From positions 672,001-736,000 of the forward strand of contig CAVOKF010000005.1 in the NCBI GenBank assembly GCA_963696385.1: a stretch of 64,000 bases of DNA. Reading direction: 5' to 3'. A model generated the notes under the pieces. It was not told the origin of the DNA. It saw only the letters and a list, made by a program, of their open reading frames with translations, and made no database searches. Positions within the stretch are counted from its first letter, which is position 1. Each line of letters starts with the position of its first letter. The position numbers were made by a program, and so were the translations under genes. Shown one piece after another: positions 19,854 through 29,950 of the stretch. The DNA comes from an uncultured delta proteobacterium. GTDB lineage: Bacteria; Myxococcota_A; Polyangia; Polyangiales; Polyangiaceae.

Positions 19854-21032
19854 ATGGCCGTTCTGGTACTCAATTGCGGCTCCTCGTCGTTGAAGTTTGC
19901 GCTCGTCGAGCCGCAGACGGGCGACCGGTCGATCCAGGGGACTCTGGAACGGATCGGTACGGAGGGCGCCGTTCTCACCACGCGTCTCGCGGCAGGAGTG
20001 GAGCGTGTCGTGGCGCTGCCCCTCGCGGACCACGAACGAGCACTCGCCGCGGTCTTGGAGCGGCTCACCGAGGGCACGTTGCACCGGGAGGTCGAGGGCG
20101 TCGGTCACCGGGTCGTTCATGGGGGAGAAGAGTTCACCGAGTCGGTCCTGGTGAACGATCGTGTCGAGGCGTCGATCGCCAGAGCGTGCCGTCTGGCGCC
20201 TCTGCACAACCCCGCCAACCTTGCCGGCATTCGTGCGGCTCGAACCGCATTTCCGGACGTTCCTCAGGTTGCGGTCTTCGACACCGCGTTCCACCAGACA
20301 ATGCCACCGCGCGCGTACCTCTTTGCGGTGCCCGACGCGTGGTACCGAACCCACGGCGCCCGCAAGTTCGGCTTTCATGGCACATCGCATCGGTACGTGG
20401 CGGGGGAGGCCGCCCGTCGGATCGGACGCCCGCCTGCCGAGCTCGACATGCTGACGGCACATCTGGGCAACGGCTGCAGCGCCTGCGCAGTCAAGCGCGG
20501 CAAGAGCGCCGATACGACCATGGGACTCACACCGCTGGCCGGGCTGGTGATGGGAACGCGCTCCGGCGACGTCGACCCGAGTCTCGTCGCGTACATGGCG
20601 TCGGCACTTGGGACGGATGCCCAAGGGATCACGCGCGAGTTGAACGAGCGGTCGGGGCTGCTCGGTCTGTCCGGACTATCGCACGACATGCGCACGCTGC
20701 TCGCGGCGCGCGATCAAGGTCACGCGGCGGCCGCCCTCGCGATTGACGTCTTCTGTCACAGGCTGTCGTCCTGCTTGCTCGCGCTCTCTGCCTCGCTCGA
20801 ACGGGTGGACGCGCTGGTGTTCACCGCCGGCATCGGTGAGCACGCTGCGCCCGTGCGCCGCCAGGTTGTCGAGCGGCTATGGCCGCTTGGGGCCCGCGTC
20901 GACGACGAGGCGAACGCGCGCCACGGGTTGCCTTCGGGCTGCATCAGCGCGGAAGGCTCGGTGCCGATTTGGGTCATTCCGACCGACGAGGAGTGGATGA
21001 TCGCCCGGGACACGCGCCTCCTGATCGGGTGA
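19854..21032 (+). CDS. ackA: Acetate kinase
   Basis: VLNCGSSSLK, GHRVVHGG, APLHNP, VFDTAFHQTM, GFHGTSH, HLGNGCS, MGTRSGDVDP. Confidence 0.97.
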   Translation: MAVLVLNCGSSSLKFALVEPQTGDRSIQGTLERIGTEGAVLTTRLAAGVERVVALPLADHERALAAVLERLTEGTLHREVEGVGHRVVHGGEEFTESVLVNDRVEASIARACRLAPLHNPANLAGIRAARTAFPDVPQVAVFDTAFHQTMPPRAYLFAVPDAWYRTHGARKFGFHGTSHRYVAGEAARRIGRPPAELDMLTAHLGNGCSACAVKRGKSADTTMGLTPLAGLVMGTRSGDVDPSLVAYMASALGTDAQGITRELNERSGLLGLSGLSHDMRTLLAARDQGHAAAALAIDVFCHRLSSCLLALSASLERVDALVFTAGIGEHAAPVRRQVVERLWPLGARVDDEANARHGLPSGCISAEGSVPIWVIPTDEEWMIARDTRLLIG

Positions 21033-21050
21033 GGGGCTTCGAGGCGACCC

Positions 21051-23177
21051 ATGGCTGACTTTCTCCTGCTGATTCCCACCGGCCCTAAGGTGGGCCTGAC
21101 GACCGTGGCCATTGGCCTCGTTCGTGCGTTCGAGCGAGAAGGCATTCGGGTTGGGTTCGCCAAACCGATCGCGCAGCCGCGCTTGGGAGGGTCCTGCGAA
21201 TCCGAGCGATCCACGGAGATTATCCGTGCGACGACGCACCTTGACACTCCGGAGCCTGTCACGCGCGAGCACGCGGAGCGGGCCATGCGCGAGGGCAATG
21301 AGCAGCGCTTGATGGAGGAAGTGGTCGCCCGAGTCCGGTCCATCCGAGAAAACGCCGACGTGGTGGTCGTCGAGGGCCTTGTCCCCACCGAGGACATGCC
21401 GTTCGCGACTCAGTTGAACGCAAGTCTGGGGCGGACCCTCGACGCCGACCTCATCTTCGTGAGCGCACCCACCGACGCAAGCCCGGATGCGCTGGTGCAA
21501 TCCGTTCAGCTGACGGCCCGCAGTTACCCATCCGATCGCATCGCGGGCGTGATCCTCAACAAAGTGCCCGAGGTTCTGCGACCGTCTGCCACGCCCACCT
21601 CGATGAAGTTTTCTTCCTATCCTCCGCCGCCCGCTCCTGCCTCGACGTGCGCCTATGCGGGCAGCCTGCGCACGGCCGGGTATGTATGCATAGGATCCAT
21701 TCCGCGTCGCGATCTTCTCGGAGCGCCGCGCGTGCGAGACCTTGCGCGAGCGCTCGCTGCGAGAGTCATTCGGGCCGGCGACCTTGACCGCCGCGTGTTG
21801 ACCTTTCGTCTCGCGGCCATGACGGTGCCCAACTGCTTGAGCGCGATGAATCCCGGCACGCTCGTGGTCACTCCGGGCGATCGGAATGACGTCATCATGG
21901 CCACGTGCCTGATGATGCTACGAGGCGTCCCGGTTGCCGGCTTGTGGCTGGCTTGCGGTGTCGAGCCCGATGGGCGGGTGCTCGACCTGTGCGGCCGCGC
22001 ATTCGAGCTGGGGCTGCCGGTACTTCTCGTGGACGAGATGACCTTGGAGGCGACGAGCTCCTTGCTTCATCTCGACACCGAGCTGCCCGTCGATGATACC
22101 GAGCGCATCGAGTTGGTCATGAGCACGGTGGCCGATTACCTCGATCGCGATTGGATCCGCACCAAGTGGCATCGCGGGCGCATTCAGCGACTTTCGCCCC
22201 CGGCGTTCCGTTATAGGCTCATCGAGCGCGCGCATGCGGCCAATCGGCGCATCGTGCTGCCGGAAGGGGCGGAGCCTCGCACGGTGCAAGCGGCGGCCAT
22301 TTGTCACGAGCGCGGGATCGCGCGCTGCGTGCTGCTCGGCAAGCCGGCGCTGATTCGCCGTGCCGCCGCCGACCAGGGCGTGGAGCTGCCTTCCGAGATC
22401 GAGATCATCGATCCCGAGACCGTGGTCGAGCGGTACCTGGGGCCGCTGCTTGAACGCCGAAAGCACAAGGGGCTGACCGAGATCGAAGGCATCAATCAGC
22501 TCCACGACGAGGTCATCCTCGGAACGTTGATGCTCGCTGTGGGCGACGTCGATGGTCTTGTTTCAGGGGCCGTGCATACCACCGCGGACACTGTCCGTCC
22601 GGCACTCCAGTTGGTCAAAACGGCACCCGGCGTGCGCCTCGTGAGCAGCGTTTTTTTTATGTGCCTGCCCGATCAGGTCTTGGTCTACGGAGATTGCGCG
22701 ATCAACCCGCACCCCAGCGCCGAAGAGCTCGCCGACATTGCGCTTCAGTCCGCCGCGAGCGCGGAGTCGTTCGGGATCGAACCGCGGGTGGCGCTCATCA
22801 GCTATTCGACGGGAACGAGCGGCTCCGGCGCGGAGGTGGCCAAGGTGCGAGAAGCCACGGCCCTTGCCCGGGCCCGCAGGCCGGACCTGCTGATCGACGG
22901 ACCTCTGCAGTACGACGCGGCGGTCATGCCGGACGTCGCGTTCGCGAAAGCCCCCGGAAGCCCGGTCGCGGGACGTGCGACCGTGATTGTATTTCCCGAT
23001 CTCAATACGGGGAACACAACGTACAAGGCCGTGCAGCGATCGGCGAAAGTCGTCTCCATTGGCCCGATGCTGCAAGGGCTTGCCAAGCCAGTCAACGACC
23101 TTTCGCGCGGCGCGCTGGTGGACGATATCGTCTACACGATTGCGCTCACCGCAATTCAATCCGTAGCGTGTATGTGA
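21051..23177 (+). CDS. pta: Phosphate acetyltransferase (long form with BioD-like and DRTGG domains)
   Basis: VVTPGDRND, IVLPEG, GLVSGAVHTTA, YGDCAINP, DGPLQYDAA, NDLSRG. Confidence 0.97.
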   Translation: MADFLLLIPTGPKVGLTTVAIGLVRAFEREGIRVGFAKPIAQPRLGGSCESERSTEIIRATTHLDTPEPVTREHAERAMREGNEQRLMEEVVARVRSIRENADVVVVEGLVPTEDMPFATQLNASLGRTLDADLIFVSAPTDASPDALVQSVQLTARSYPSDRIAGVILNKVPEVLRPSATPTSMKFSSYPPPPAPASTCAYAGSLRTAGYVCIGSIPRRDLLGAPRVRDLARALAARVIRAGDLDRRVLTFRLAAMTVPNCLSAMNPGTLVVTPGDRNDVIMATCLMMLRGVPVAGLWLACGVEPDGRVLDLCGRAFELGLPVLLVDEMTLEATSSLLHLDTELPVDDTERIELVMSTVADYLDRDWIRTKWHRGRIQRLSPPAFRYRLIERAHAANRRIVLPEGAEPRTVQAAAICHERGIARCVLLGKPALIRRAAADQGVELPSEIEIIDPETVVERYLGPLLERRKHKGLTEIEGINQLHDEVILGTLMLAVGDVDGLVSGAVHTTADTVRPALQLVKTAPGVRLVSSVFFMCLPDQVLVYGDCAINPHPSAEELADIALQSAASAESFGIEPRVALISYSTGTSGSGAEVAKVREATALARARRPDLLIDGPLQYDAAVMPDVAFAKAPGSPVAGRATVIVFPDLNTGNTTYKAVQRSAKVVSIGPMLQGLAKPVNDLSRGALVDDIVYTIALTAIQSVACM

Positions 23178-23522
23178 ACCGACTCATTCGCCTGCTCAAA
23201 TCGGCTCGCCGTTCGGGTGGGCGAGAGGCGCGGCCACGTTGAGGATGATACGCTTCCAGCGGTTTGGACGCCCCGGTCGAGCCCGCTGGGCCGCCGCAAA
23301 CGATCGCGCTCACGATGTCCCGATGACACCCACCATCTCAGCGAGGACGCTCGAGACGGCGAGCGCGAGTGGCGTGTGGTCGCGCGTCCGACCCACAATC
23401 AACGCATCCGGCGTGGCGCCCAGCCTCGAGCAGAAGCTCGGCGATCCGGCCGGCGTTGCTCGCAGACCGCTGGCTTTCGCACGCGCCCCTTGCTGGCACA
23501 CGGTTAGAATGGGTGGGGACAT

Positions 23523-24077
23523 TTGAATCGGCCACGCGTCGGGGTGCGAGCGTCAGATGGGCGTACGGCGGTTCGTTGGGCCATTAGCATGCTGGCGATC
23601 GGGGGCTCAAGTTGCGGACCCGGTACTCGGCCGCTAGCCACCGTGATTGAAGCCGCCAACGACGCGGGGGTGGACGACTCGGGTACCTATCATTCCCCCA
23701 GTGCGTACACGTGCTGCGGTCCCGGAGAGGGACTGACGTGCTGCTCCGCGCGTGCAGGACTCCTGGGGTACGACCTCGAGCCGGACGGAGCGATTGTTCC
23801 GGTCGGTGATCTTCAAGCAGGACCGGAAGCCAACTGCTTTCCATACGGTGGAATTGTCGGCACGTGCGCCGACGACAGCGATACGTTCGCGGGGGAGGAC
23901 CCTTGCACGATATGTTGTGCTGGCCTGACGCGCGTGAACGTGTCGGTAGCCGACGACGACGCTGGCCCAAATGCCTGCCAGCCCGTCTTGGCTTTGTTCA
24001 CGTGTCTTCCGTGCGGGAACGGGATATGTGAGCGTCCGGAGGAGAATCGCTGTACATGTCCCGCAGATTGCCCCTAA
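23523..24077 (+). CDS. Cys-rich secreted/lipoprotein, hypothetical
   Basis: Signal-like GGSSC; many Cys; ends in CGNGICERPEENRCTCPADC. Confidence 0.6.
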   Translation: MNRPRVGVRASDGRTAVRWAISMLAIGGSSCGPGTRPLATVIEAANDAGVDDSGTYHSPSAYTCCGPGEGLTCCSARAGLLGYDLEPDGAIVPVGDLQAGPEANCFPYGGIVGTCADDSDTFAGEDPCTICCAGLTRVNVSVADDDAGPNACQPVLALFTCLPCGNGICERPEENRCTCPADCP

Positions 24078-24570
24078 TTCTCAAGATCGGCGAGAACAGG
24101 AAGGACGGGTCGACCGACCTCGGCGCCTTGGTACACCAGGGCCAGCTCCGCGAGGATGGCCTTTGCGAGCGCGCTCTCTGGCGGGTGCTCACTCGATGGG
24201 TAGCCCGAGCCCATCGGCCGCCTTTCCTTCGCGCCGGAGAAGGGTCGCGGACCCGGGAGGAAGTTGTCGTGAGATAGGCACAATTTGTGCACAACCGACG
24301 TACGGGACGGCATACCAATCAAGGTTCCACTCAAAAACTTCCCCGCCATATCCAGCTGACCCCAGTAGCCAGTTCCCGGCGTCGCCGTCCCCACCGGCGG
24401 GAGGGTCGGCGGGTTGGCCGGGTAGTTGAAGTCATAGATCGCGTACTGGTTCGCCGTCCCCGGATCGTCACCCCCGCGCACCACACTCGGGCATTCCTGC
24501 CTTGCGCAAACGAGGAACTGATTGCGGGCTTCGACGAGCTTGTGAGCATCTCGCAACGTCTGGCCCTGCG
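24074..24570 (-). pseudogene. Fused remnants of a PEGA-type protein N-terminus and a SUMF1/FGE-sulfatase-like C-terminus
   Basis: GQTLRDAHKLVEARNQFLVCARQECPSVVR joined to DPGTANQYAIY...VGTA..G.GYWGQLDMAG / EVFEWNLDWY (frameshifted). Confidence 0.6.
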
Positions 24571-25892
24571 ACGACCTGCGGTGAAGGCGCAGGGGCGGTC
24601 GCCGGAGCGGTTCGAAACGGCGAGCTTGCAGCCTCCGGTGCCCCGACCGCCGTGGCAATCGTGGCAGGTTCGACCGCCCGACGGTGCGTGAACCAAACGC
24701 CCGCGCCGACCGCGACGCTCACCCCCACGATGCCGATGAGGCTCACGATAGCCGTCCGTCCACGCGGCCGGATCGTCGCCGTCCGACCGACCGGAGCCAC
24801 CGTCTCCGGCGCGACCATCGTCGCCGCGCCCGACTGCGGCGAGGGCGGCAGAGCCAGGGCACTCGCCGAAAGCCCCGCCGCTTGGAGGATCCCCGTGATG
24901 CGTTCAACCGAGCCCTTGGCGCGCTTGGGGCCGAACTCCAGCAACGCCACGGCCAATTCGGCCACGTTGCGATACCGCTGGCGTCGGTCCTTCTCCAGGC
25001 ACTTCAAGACGATCGCTTCGAGCTCGCTCGGTACGTCCGGACGAAAGGTGCGAATCGCGGGCGGCGGTTCGTTGGCGACCCGGATCGCCAGTTCCGTCAC
25101 CGACTCGCCCAAAAATACCGGGCGACCCGTGATGAGCTCGAAGAGGATGACGCCGAGCGCCCAAAGGTCCGTCCGCGCATCGACGTCTTTGGCCGAACGC
25201 ATTTGCTCGGGCGACATGTAAAGAGGCGACCCCATCAAGGCCGACGTCCCGGTGGCCGCCCCCGCCGCAGCCCCGCTCCGGTCGGTCATCTTCGAGATGC
25301 CGAAGTCGAGCACCTTGATCGACAACTGCCCGTCCGAGCGCCGGACGCAGAAGAGATTCGCGGGCTTCGAATCCCGGTGAACGATTCCGAGCGCGTGCGC
25401 GTCCGCCACGGCGACACACGCCTGAAGCACGAACTCGACCGCCTGCTCGATGGGCAGCGCGCCTCGCTGCTTGAGCCACGCGGCCAGATCCCCGCCTTCC
25501 AGATACTCCATCACGATGTACGGCGCGCCGTTCGGAAGCGTGCCGACATCGATGATTCGCGCGACGTGCTCGCTCTTGATCTTCACCGCGGCCCGCGCTT
25601 CCCGAGCGAAGCGGGCCACGGCCTCGCGGTTGTCGAGTGCCTCCGGCAAGAGAAACTTCAGCGCCACTTTCTCGTCGAGCTGCATGTGATGCGCGGCGAC
25701 GACCACGCCCATGCCCCCGGCGCCGAGAACTCGTTCGACCCGGTATTTGCCGGCGAGGATGTCGCCTTCCCGAATGCCTGCCGCTGACTCAAAACTCCGA
25801 TTCATGTCCGAGCCCACTCCCACCAGCCGAAGACCGCCGGACGCCTTGGGGGGACCATGCGCCAGCTCATCGGCTTTTGCTCCGTTCGTCAA
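24468..25892 (-). CDS. Eukaryotic-type Ser/Thr protein kinase with TM helix; C-terminus apparently truncated by a deletion
   Basis: LGAGGMGVV, VALK, HRDSKPAN, DFGISK, GSPLYMSPE, DLWALG. Start may be ATG 25805. Confidence 0.92.
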   Translation of the reverse strand: MTNGAKADELAHGPPKASGGLRLVGVGSDMNRSFESAAGIREGDILAGKYRVERVLGAGGMGVVVAAHHMQLDEKVALKFLLPEALDNREAVARFAREARAAVKIKSEHVARIIDVGTLPNGAPYIVMEYLEGGDLAAWLKQRGALPIEQAVEFVLQACVAVADAHALGIVHRDSKPANLFCVRRSDGQLSIKVLDFGISKMTDRSGAAAGAATGTSALMGSPLYMSPEQMRSAKDVDARTDLWALGVILFELITGRPVFLGESVTELAIRVANEPPPAIRTFRPDVPSELEAIVLKCLEKDRRQRYRNVAELAVALLEFGPKRAKGSVERITGILQAAGLSASALALPPSPQSGAATMVAPETVAPVGRTATIRPRGRTAIVSLIGIVGVSVAVGAGVWFTHRRAVEPATIATAVGAPEAASSPFRTAPATAPAPSPQVVAGPDVARCSQARRSPQSVPRLRKAGMPECGARG

Positions 25893-26558
25893 GGCACCGC
25901 GGGCCCTATCGGGCGTGATGGGCGACGGCGTGACTCGTTGGGGATGAGGCGCCGCCCCACCGGGGCGATGAAAAAAACGGCGCCGTAGCCGCAGGGCGTT
26001 GGGCTTCCAAGTACACCCAGGTTGTGGCGACGGACCGAGGACGATTTTTCACAACGAGAGAAAAGCCCGTTGTCCCGTCGTGCCCACTGTCACCCTCTCC
26101 TCTCGTCGCCGGCGTGGCCCGCTGCGGCCTTCCTGGTCCACATCAGGACTCTAGGAGCACGTTGTCTCAGCGCAATGGCCCGGCGGTAGCAGCGTCGCGA
26201 GGTCTATCTCGGCGCCCGACACGAGATTGGTCCGGTCTCCGTCCACCCGCCCCGAATGAACGCCGTCGCCGGCGAGAACCGTCCATTAGTTGACTCTCCA
26301 TGAGAAAGTGAGCGGTTGCTGGCGCGCTGGCCCGACCGTCCACTGGCGTGCGCCAACCCGCCCGAACCGCTCCGACCGCGTCACCGAGCAATTGGTGCTG
26401 CAAATCGGAGCAAGAAAAGCGGTCGATGCGGGCATGTCACGAGACGGCCGCAAGCGCGCCACTTCTCAACAGTAACTCCCGGGTCGTCCAGGGTCGTGGG
26501 GTTGGCGAACGTGGACCGTGACTCAAGAGCAAACCTCGGAACACGCGGAGTTAGAACC

Positions 26559-27821
26559 ATGAAAGCGAAATTCACACTTGCGTCGATCCTTGCAGCCGCG
26601 GCCGTCGCCGCGCCGGCAGTCGCGAACGAAGGCCCGATCCCGCGCGGAATCCCGCATTTGGATCACGTGTTCTTCATCATGATGGAAAACCACGGGTTCA
26701 ATCAGGTGATCGGCAACCCGAGCGCTCCCTTCATGAACCGCTACGCCAGCCGCGTGAATCTCGCCACCAACTATTACGCCGTCGCGCACCCGAGCTTGAC
26801 GAACTACCTCGAGGTGACGGGCGGCTCGAACTTCGGTGTGTTGAACGATAACTCGCCCGATTGGCACGATCTCACGTGCACCCCGAACCTGGCGTCCGGA
26901 ATTACCTCGTTTGACAACGGCACATTTCCAAACATCTGCCCGATTACCGGCACGGGCACGGATGCGGCGACTCCGGTGATCGACACCTTCAACGAGACGA
27001 GCCCGCCGCAGATCACGGCGGTGACCGAGATCGACGGCAAGATGTCGATTCCGGCTGCGACGAACATCTCGGGCAAGACCATCGCCGACCAGCTCGTGGC
27101 GGTGAACGGCTCGTGGCGCAGCTACCAGCAGAATCTGTCGCCCTCGGGCGCCGACAAGGTGGACTACAGCGACGGCTACTACGACAACAATTCGAACTCG
27201 ACGCTCGCCACGCTGTTCGGCGCAACGGCCACCACCAACGTCGTGCACCTCTACGCCGTGAAGCATGACCCGTTTCCGTATTTCCTCAGCGTGCAAGAGG
27301 CCCCGGCTGGGTCGCCGCTCGGGCTCGACAACATCGTCAGCTTCGAGGGGGCGCACGGGCTGTTCGATGACCTCGAGAGCGGCCGCGTGCCGAACTTCTC
27401 GTTCATCGTCCCCGACCAGTGCCACGACCAGCACGGCTCGAACAGCGGGACGCAAGCCTGTTTCGAGGACCCGGACGACCAAGGAACGCTCGTCGGCTTG
27501 AATCCCGGTCTCATCTACCAGGGCGACCTCACTCTTCGCGGCCTCGTCCGCGCCATTCACGATTCGCCGGCGTGGACGTCCGGCCACAACGCGATCGTGA
27601 TCACTTGGGACGAAAACGACTACAGCGCGGCGCCCTACCCCAACCGGGTCGCGCTGACCGTCGACACGAACTACGGCGTGCACGGCGTTCAGAGCGCGGC
27701 TTTTTACACGCACTTCGCTCTCCTTCGTTCGCTCGAGGGCGGCTTCGGTCTGCCGTGCCTGAACCACGCTTGCGACGAGTCGTCCGAGTCGATGGTCGAC
27801 CTCTTCGCTGAGCACCGCTAA
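26559..27821 (+). CDS. Phosphoesterase (acid phosphatase/phospholipase C family), secreted
   Basis: Signal peptide; HVFFIMMENH, HPSLTNY, YAVKHDPF, PDQCHDQH, VITWDEN. Confidence 0.9.
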   Translation: MKAKFTLASILAAAAVAAPAVANEGPIPRGIPHLDHVFFIMMENHGFNQVIGNPSAPFMNRYASRVNLATNYYAVAHPSLTNYLEVTGGSNFGVLNDNSPDWHDLTCTPNLASGITSFDNGTFPNICPITGTGTDAATPVIDTFNETSPPQITAVTEIDGKMSIPAATNISGKTIADQLVAVNGSWRSYQQNLSPSGADKVDYSDGYYDNNSNSTLATLFGATATTNVVHLYAVKHDPFPYFLSVQEAPAGSPLGLDNIVSFEGAHGLFDDLESGRVPNFSFIVPDQCHDQHGSNSGTQACFEDPDDQGTLVGLNPGLIYQGDLTLRGLVRAIHDSPAWTSGHNAIVITWDENDYSAAPYPNRVALTVDTNYGVHGVQSAAFYTHFALLRSLEGGFGLPCLNHACDESSESMVDLFAEHR

Positions 27822-28137
27822 CTCTCGCGTTTGCGCGGAGTGCGCCTTGGCTTGCGTCGCCAGGGCGCACGTGCCCTCGCGCGCCTTGAGGCTGCACACT
27901 GTTCCCGTCGCGGCGCGCGTTCGCGGCGTCCGAAGGGCGGTCACCCGAGAAGCTAAAACGCGGAGGTGCTCGCGCTCGGAGTGCCCGCGCGGCCCTGAAT
28001 TGTATACTGGACCGTGGACATGACCAAGATCGATCAGGATGGGCAGCCTCACGAATCGGAGGTCTATGCCATTGCGCTCGAACACCGACCTTAGGTATGC
28101 GCGGCGCCCCTTGACTACGATTCGGGAGACCTCTTCG

Positions 28138-28953
28138 ATGCAACCTTACGTGATCCGACAAGGCGATTTTCTGGACCAATTAGCGTATCAGTTCGGGTTC
28201 GACGCGGACACGGTGTGGAACGACCCGGCGAACGGAAAGCTCACCGCTATCCGAAAAGACCCGAACATTTTGGCGCCCACCGACGTCCTCTACATTCCAG
28301 AGGACGCCGGGTCGACAGCTGCCGTGCACAAACTCGCGACGGGCCAGACAAATACTTTCGTTGCCAATCCACCCAAAGTCACGATTTCCGTGAAGTTCGC
28401 CGACACCGATGCGTCGTCGTACGCGTCCAAGGCATTCACCGTAGCGGAGCTCGCAGACCTCGCCGGGTTGACGACCGACGGCGACGGCGTCGCGTCGTTC
28501 CAGGCTCCCGTCCCGCTAACCACCGCCACCGTGACGTTCACCGAGTCAGGGGAGACGTGGAGGCTTTGCATCGGCTCGCTCGACCCTGTCAACACGATTT
28601 CGGGCATTTTCCAGCGCCTGCAGAACCTCGGCTACATTCCTTTGAGCGCGCAGGTGAACGGAGACGATCTCACGCTCCTGCGCAGGGGCCTCTACTACTT
28701 CACGTCGCAACAAACTCCGCCGCCTCCCGACGCCGGGGACGACGGTAATTCCGAGCAGGACGACGATTCCGTCGAGAACGGCGATGCGAGCGGGAGCGCG
28801 GACACCGCAGACGACGCCGACACCGCATCCGGCGACGACTCCGCGAACCTGTCGTTCGCGGACGACCTCTGCTCCGACGATTGCGGCCTCTCGGACGATG
28901 GCACGCTCGAACCCCAGCTCCAATCGTCGCTGCTTCAGCGCCACGGCGGATAA
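28138..28953 (+). CDS. LysM + TTR-like + peptidoglycan-binding protein of the kind found at T6SS loci
   Basis: YVIRQGDFLDQLA...VWNDPAN..L...RKDPNILAP.DVLYIP (LysM); TTDGDGVASF; GIFQRLQNLGY. Confidence 0.75.
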   Translation: MQPYVIRQGDFLDQLAYQFGFDADTVWNDPANGKLTAIRKDPNILAPTDVLYIPEDAGSTAAVHKLATGQTNTFVANPPKVTISVKFADTDASSYASKAFTVAELADLAGLTTDGDGVASFQAPVPLTTATVTFTESGETWRLCIGSLDPVNTISGIFQRLQNLGYIPLSAQVNGDDLTLLRRGLYYFTSQQTPPPPDAGDDGNSEQDDDSVENGDASGSADTADDADTASGDDSANLSFADDLCSDDCGLSDDGTLEPQLQSSLLQRHGG

Positions 28954-29010
28954 TTCGAGCGATCGAGGGATTCGAGACCGGACTGGCACCCGGTGCGTCG
29001 GGCCCTCCGT

Positions 29011-29937
29011 TCACGGTTTGCAGGTGGTCGCCAACTCTTGCTGGACCTTTTCGGGCACCGGCTCGTTCGTGTCGTCAACGCTGACCGTGAGATGCCCCGT
29101 CTTTCGACTCACGGTGTAGTCGACGCGTCCCTCGAATCGGTCGTGCGTGTGAACGCCGATGCTCGCGCTGAACGTTCCGTCGCCGTTGTCCTGCGGTCCG
29201 ACGCCCCCGACGGCCTGATCGTCCGTGGATGCCTCGATGAGCCCGTCCACGAGCCGTTTCACGCGCGGAAGCGCGTTTACTGCGCGAGAAGCCGCCTCTT
29301 CGCACCGCTCCGCTAGGAGCGCGGACCAGGCCGCCTGCGTGCACGCATCCGTGGTCGCTTGCCCGCCCTGGCCGCTGTCGTCGGCCTCTTCGAGAATGCG
29401 CAGCTCGCCGTGCTCGGAATCCTGTCGCAGCACGATACGCGCGGGCGTATCGCGGAGTCGCGCTGCCGGGCCCGAGCGCTTCGCGAAGCGAGCCACCAGG
29501 AAGGCGCCCGGCGCCTGCCCGACCTCCACGTCCCCGACGATTTGCTGTCGAAACGAGCTGCCAGCGCCCAGCGCCTCCTTCTTATGGGCGAGCACCTTGT
29601 CCATGGTGATAACGTGCCCGTAATAACAGACGCGGGGAAAATACAGGTCCGCGAGCCCGGAGGCGTCATGCAAATCAAGGGCCTCATTCCATGCTTTGAC
29701 TCGAGCCGAGACGCGCGACACGGCTGTGCCGAACGGCAGCCGATCTGCCAAAGCAGCAGGCGCCGCGAACGAGGATGGCGAAGCAGCAGGCGCCGCGAAC
29801 GAGGCACCAGGCGCCGCGAATCCAGTTGCGGAGGCGGCGGTGCCCACCGCGGACGGCGCGGAGTCGGAGGTCTGACTGGAGTTGCGCGAGCATGCCGTGA
29901 GCAGCACAGTCGCTAGAATACGAGCTCGAGTCGTCAT
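29011..29937 (-). CDS. Lipoprotein with NTF2/SnoaL-like domain; candidate immunity protein
   Basis: Lipobox LTAC; WNEAL..HD..GLADLY...YYG; starts 14 bp after the upstream hydrolase gene. Confidence 0.7.
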   Translation of the reverse strand: MTTRARILATVLLTACSRNSSQTSDSAPSAVGTAASATGFAAPGASFAAPAASPSSFAAPAALADRLPFGTAVSRVSARVKAWNEALDLHDASGLADLYFPRVCYYGHVITMDKVLAHKKEALGAGSSFRQQIVGDVEVGQAPGAFLVARFAKRSGPAARLRDTPARIVLRQDSEHGELRILEEADDSGQGGQATTDACTQAAWSALLAERCEEAASRAVNALPRVKRLVDGLIEASTDDQAVGGVGPQDNGDGTFSASIGVHTHDRFEGRVDYTVSRKTGHLTVSVDDTNEPVPEKVQQELATTCKP

Positions 29938-29950
29938 GAGCGGAGGGCGG

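Noticed and set aside
15343..26499. ECF-like GTAAC...CGT promoters at 15343, 16732 and 26472
   Set aside because: Spacers differ (15, 18 and 17 bp), and such short motifs arise by chance.
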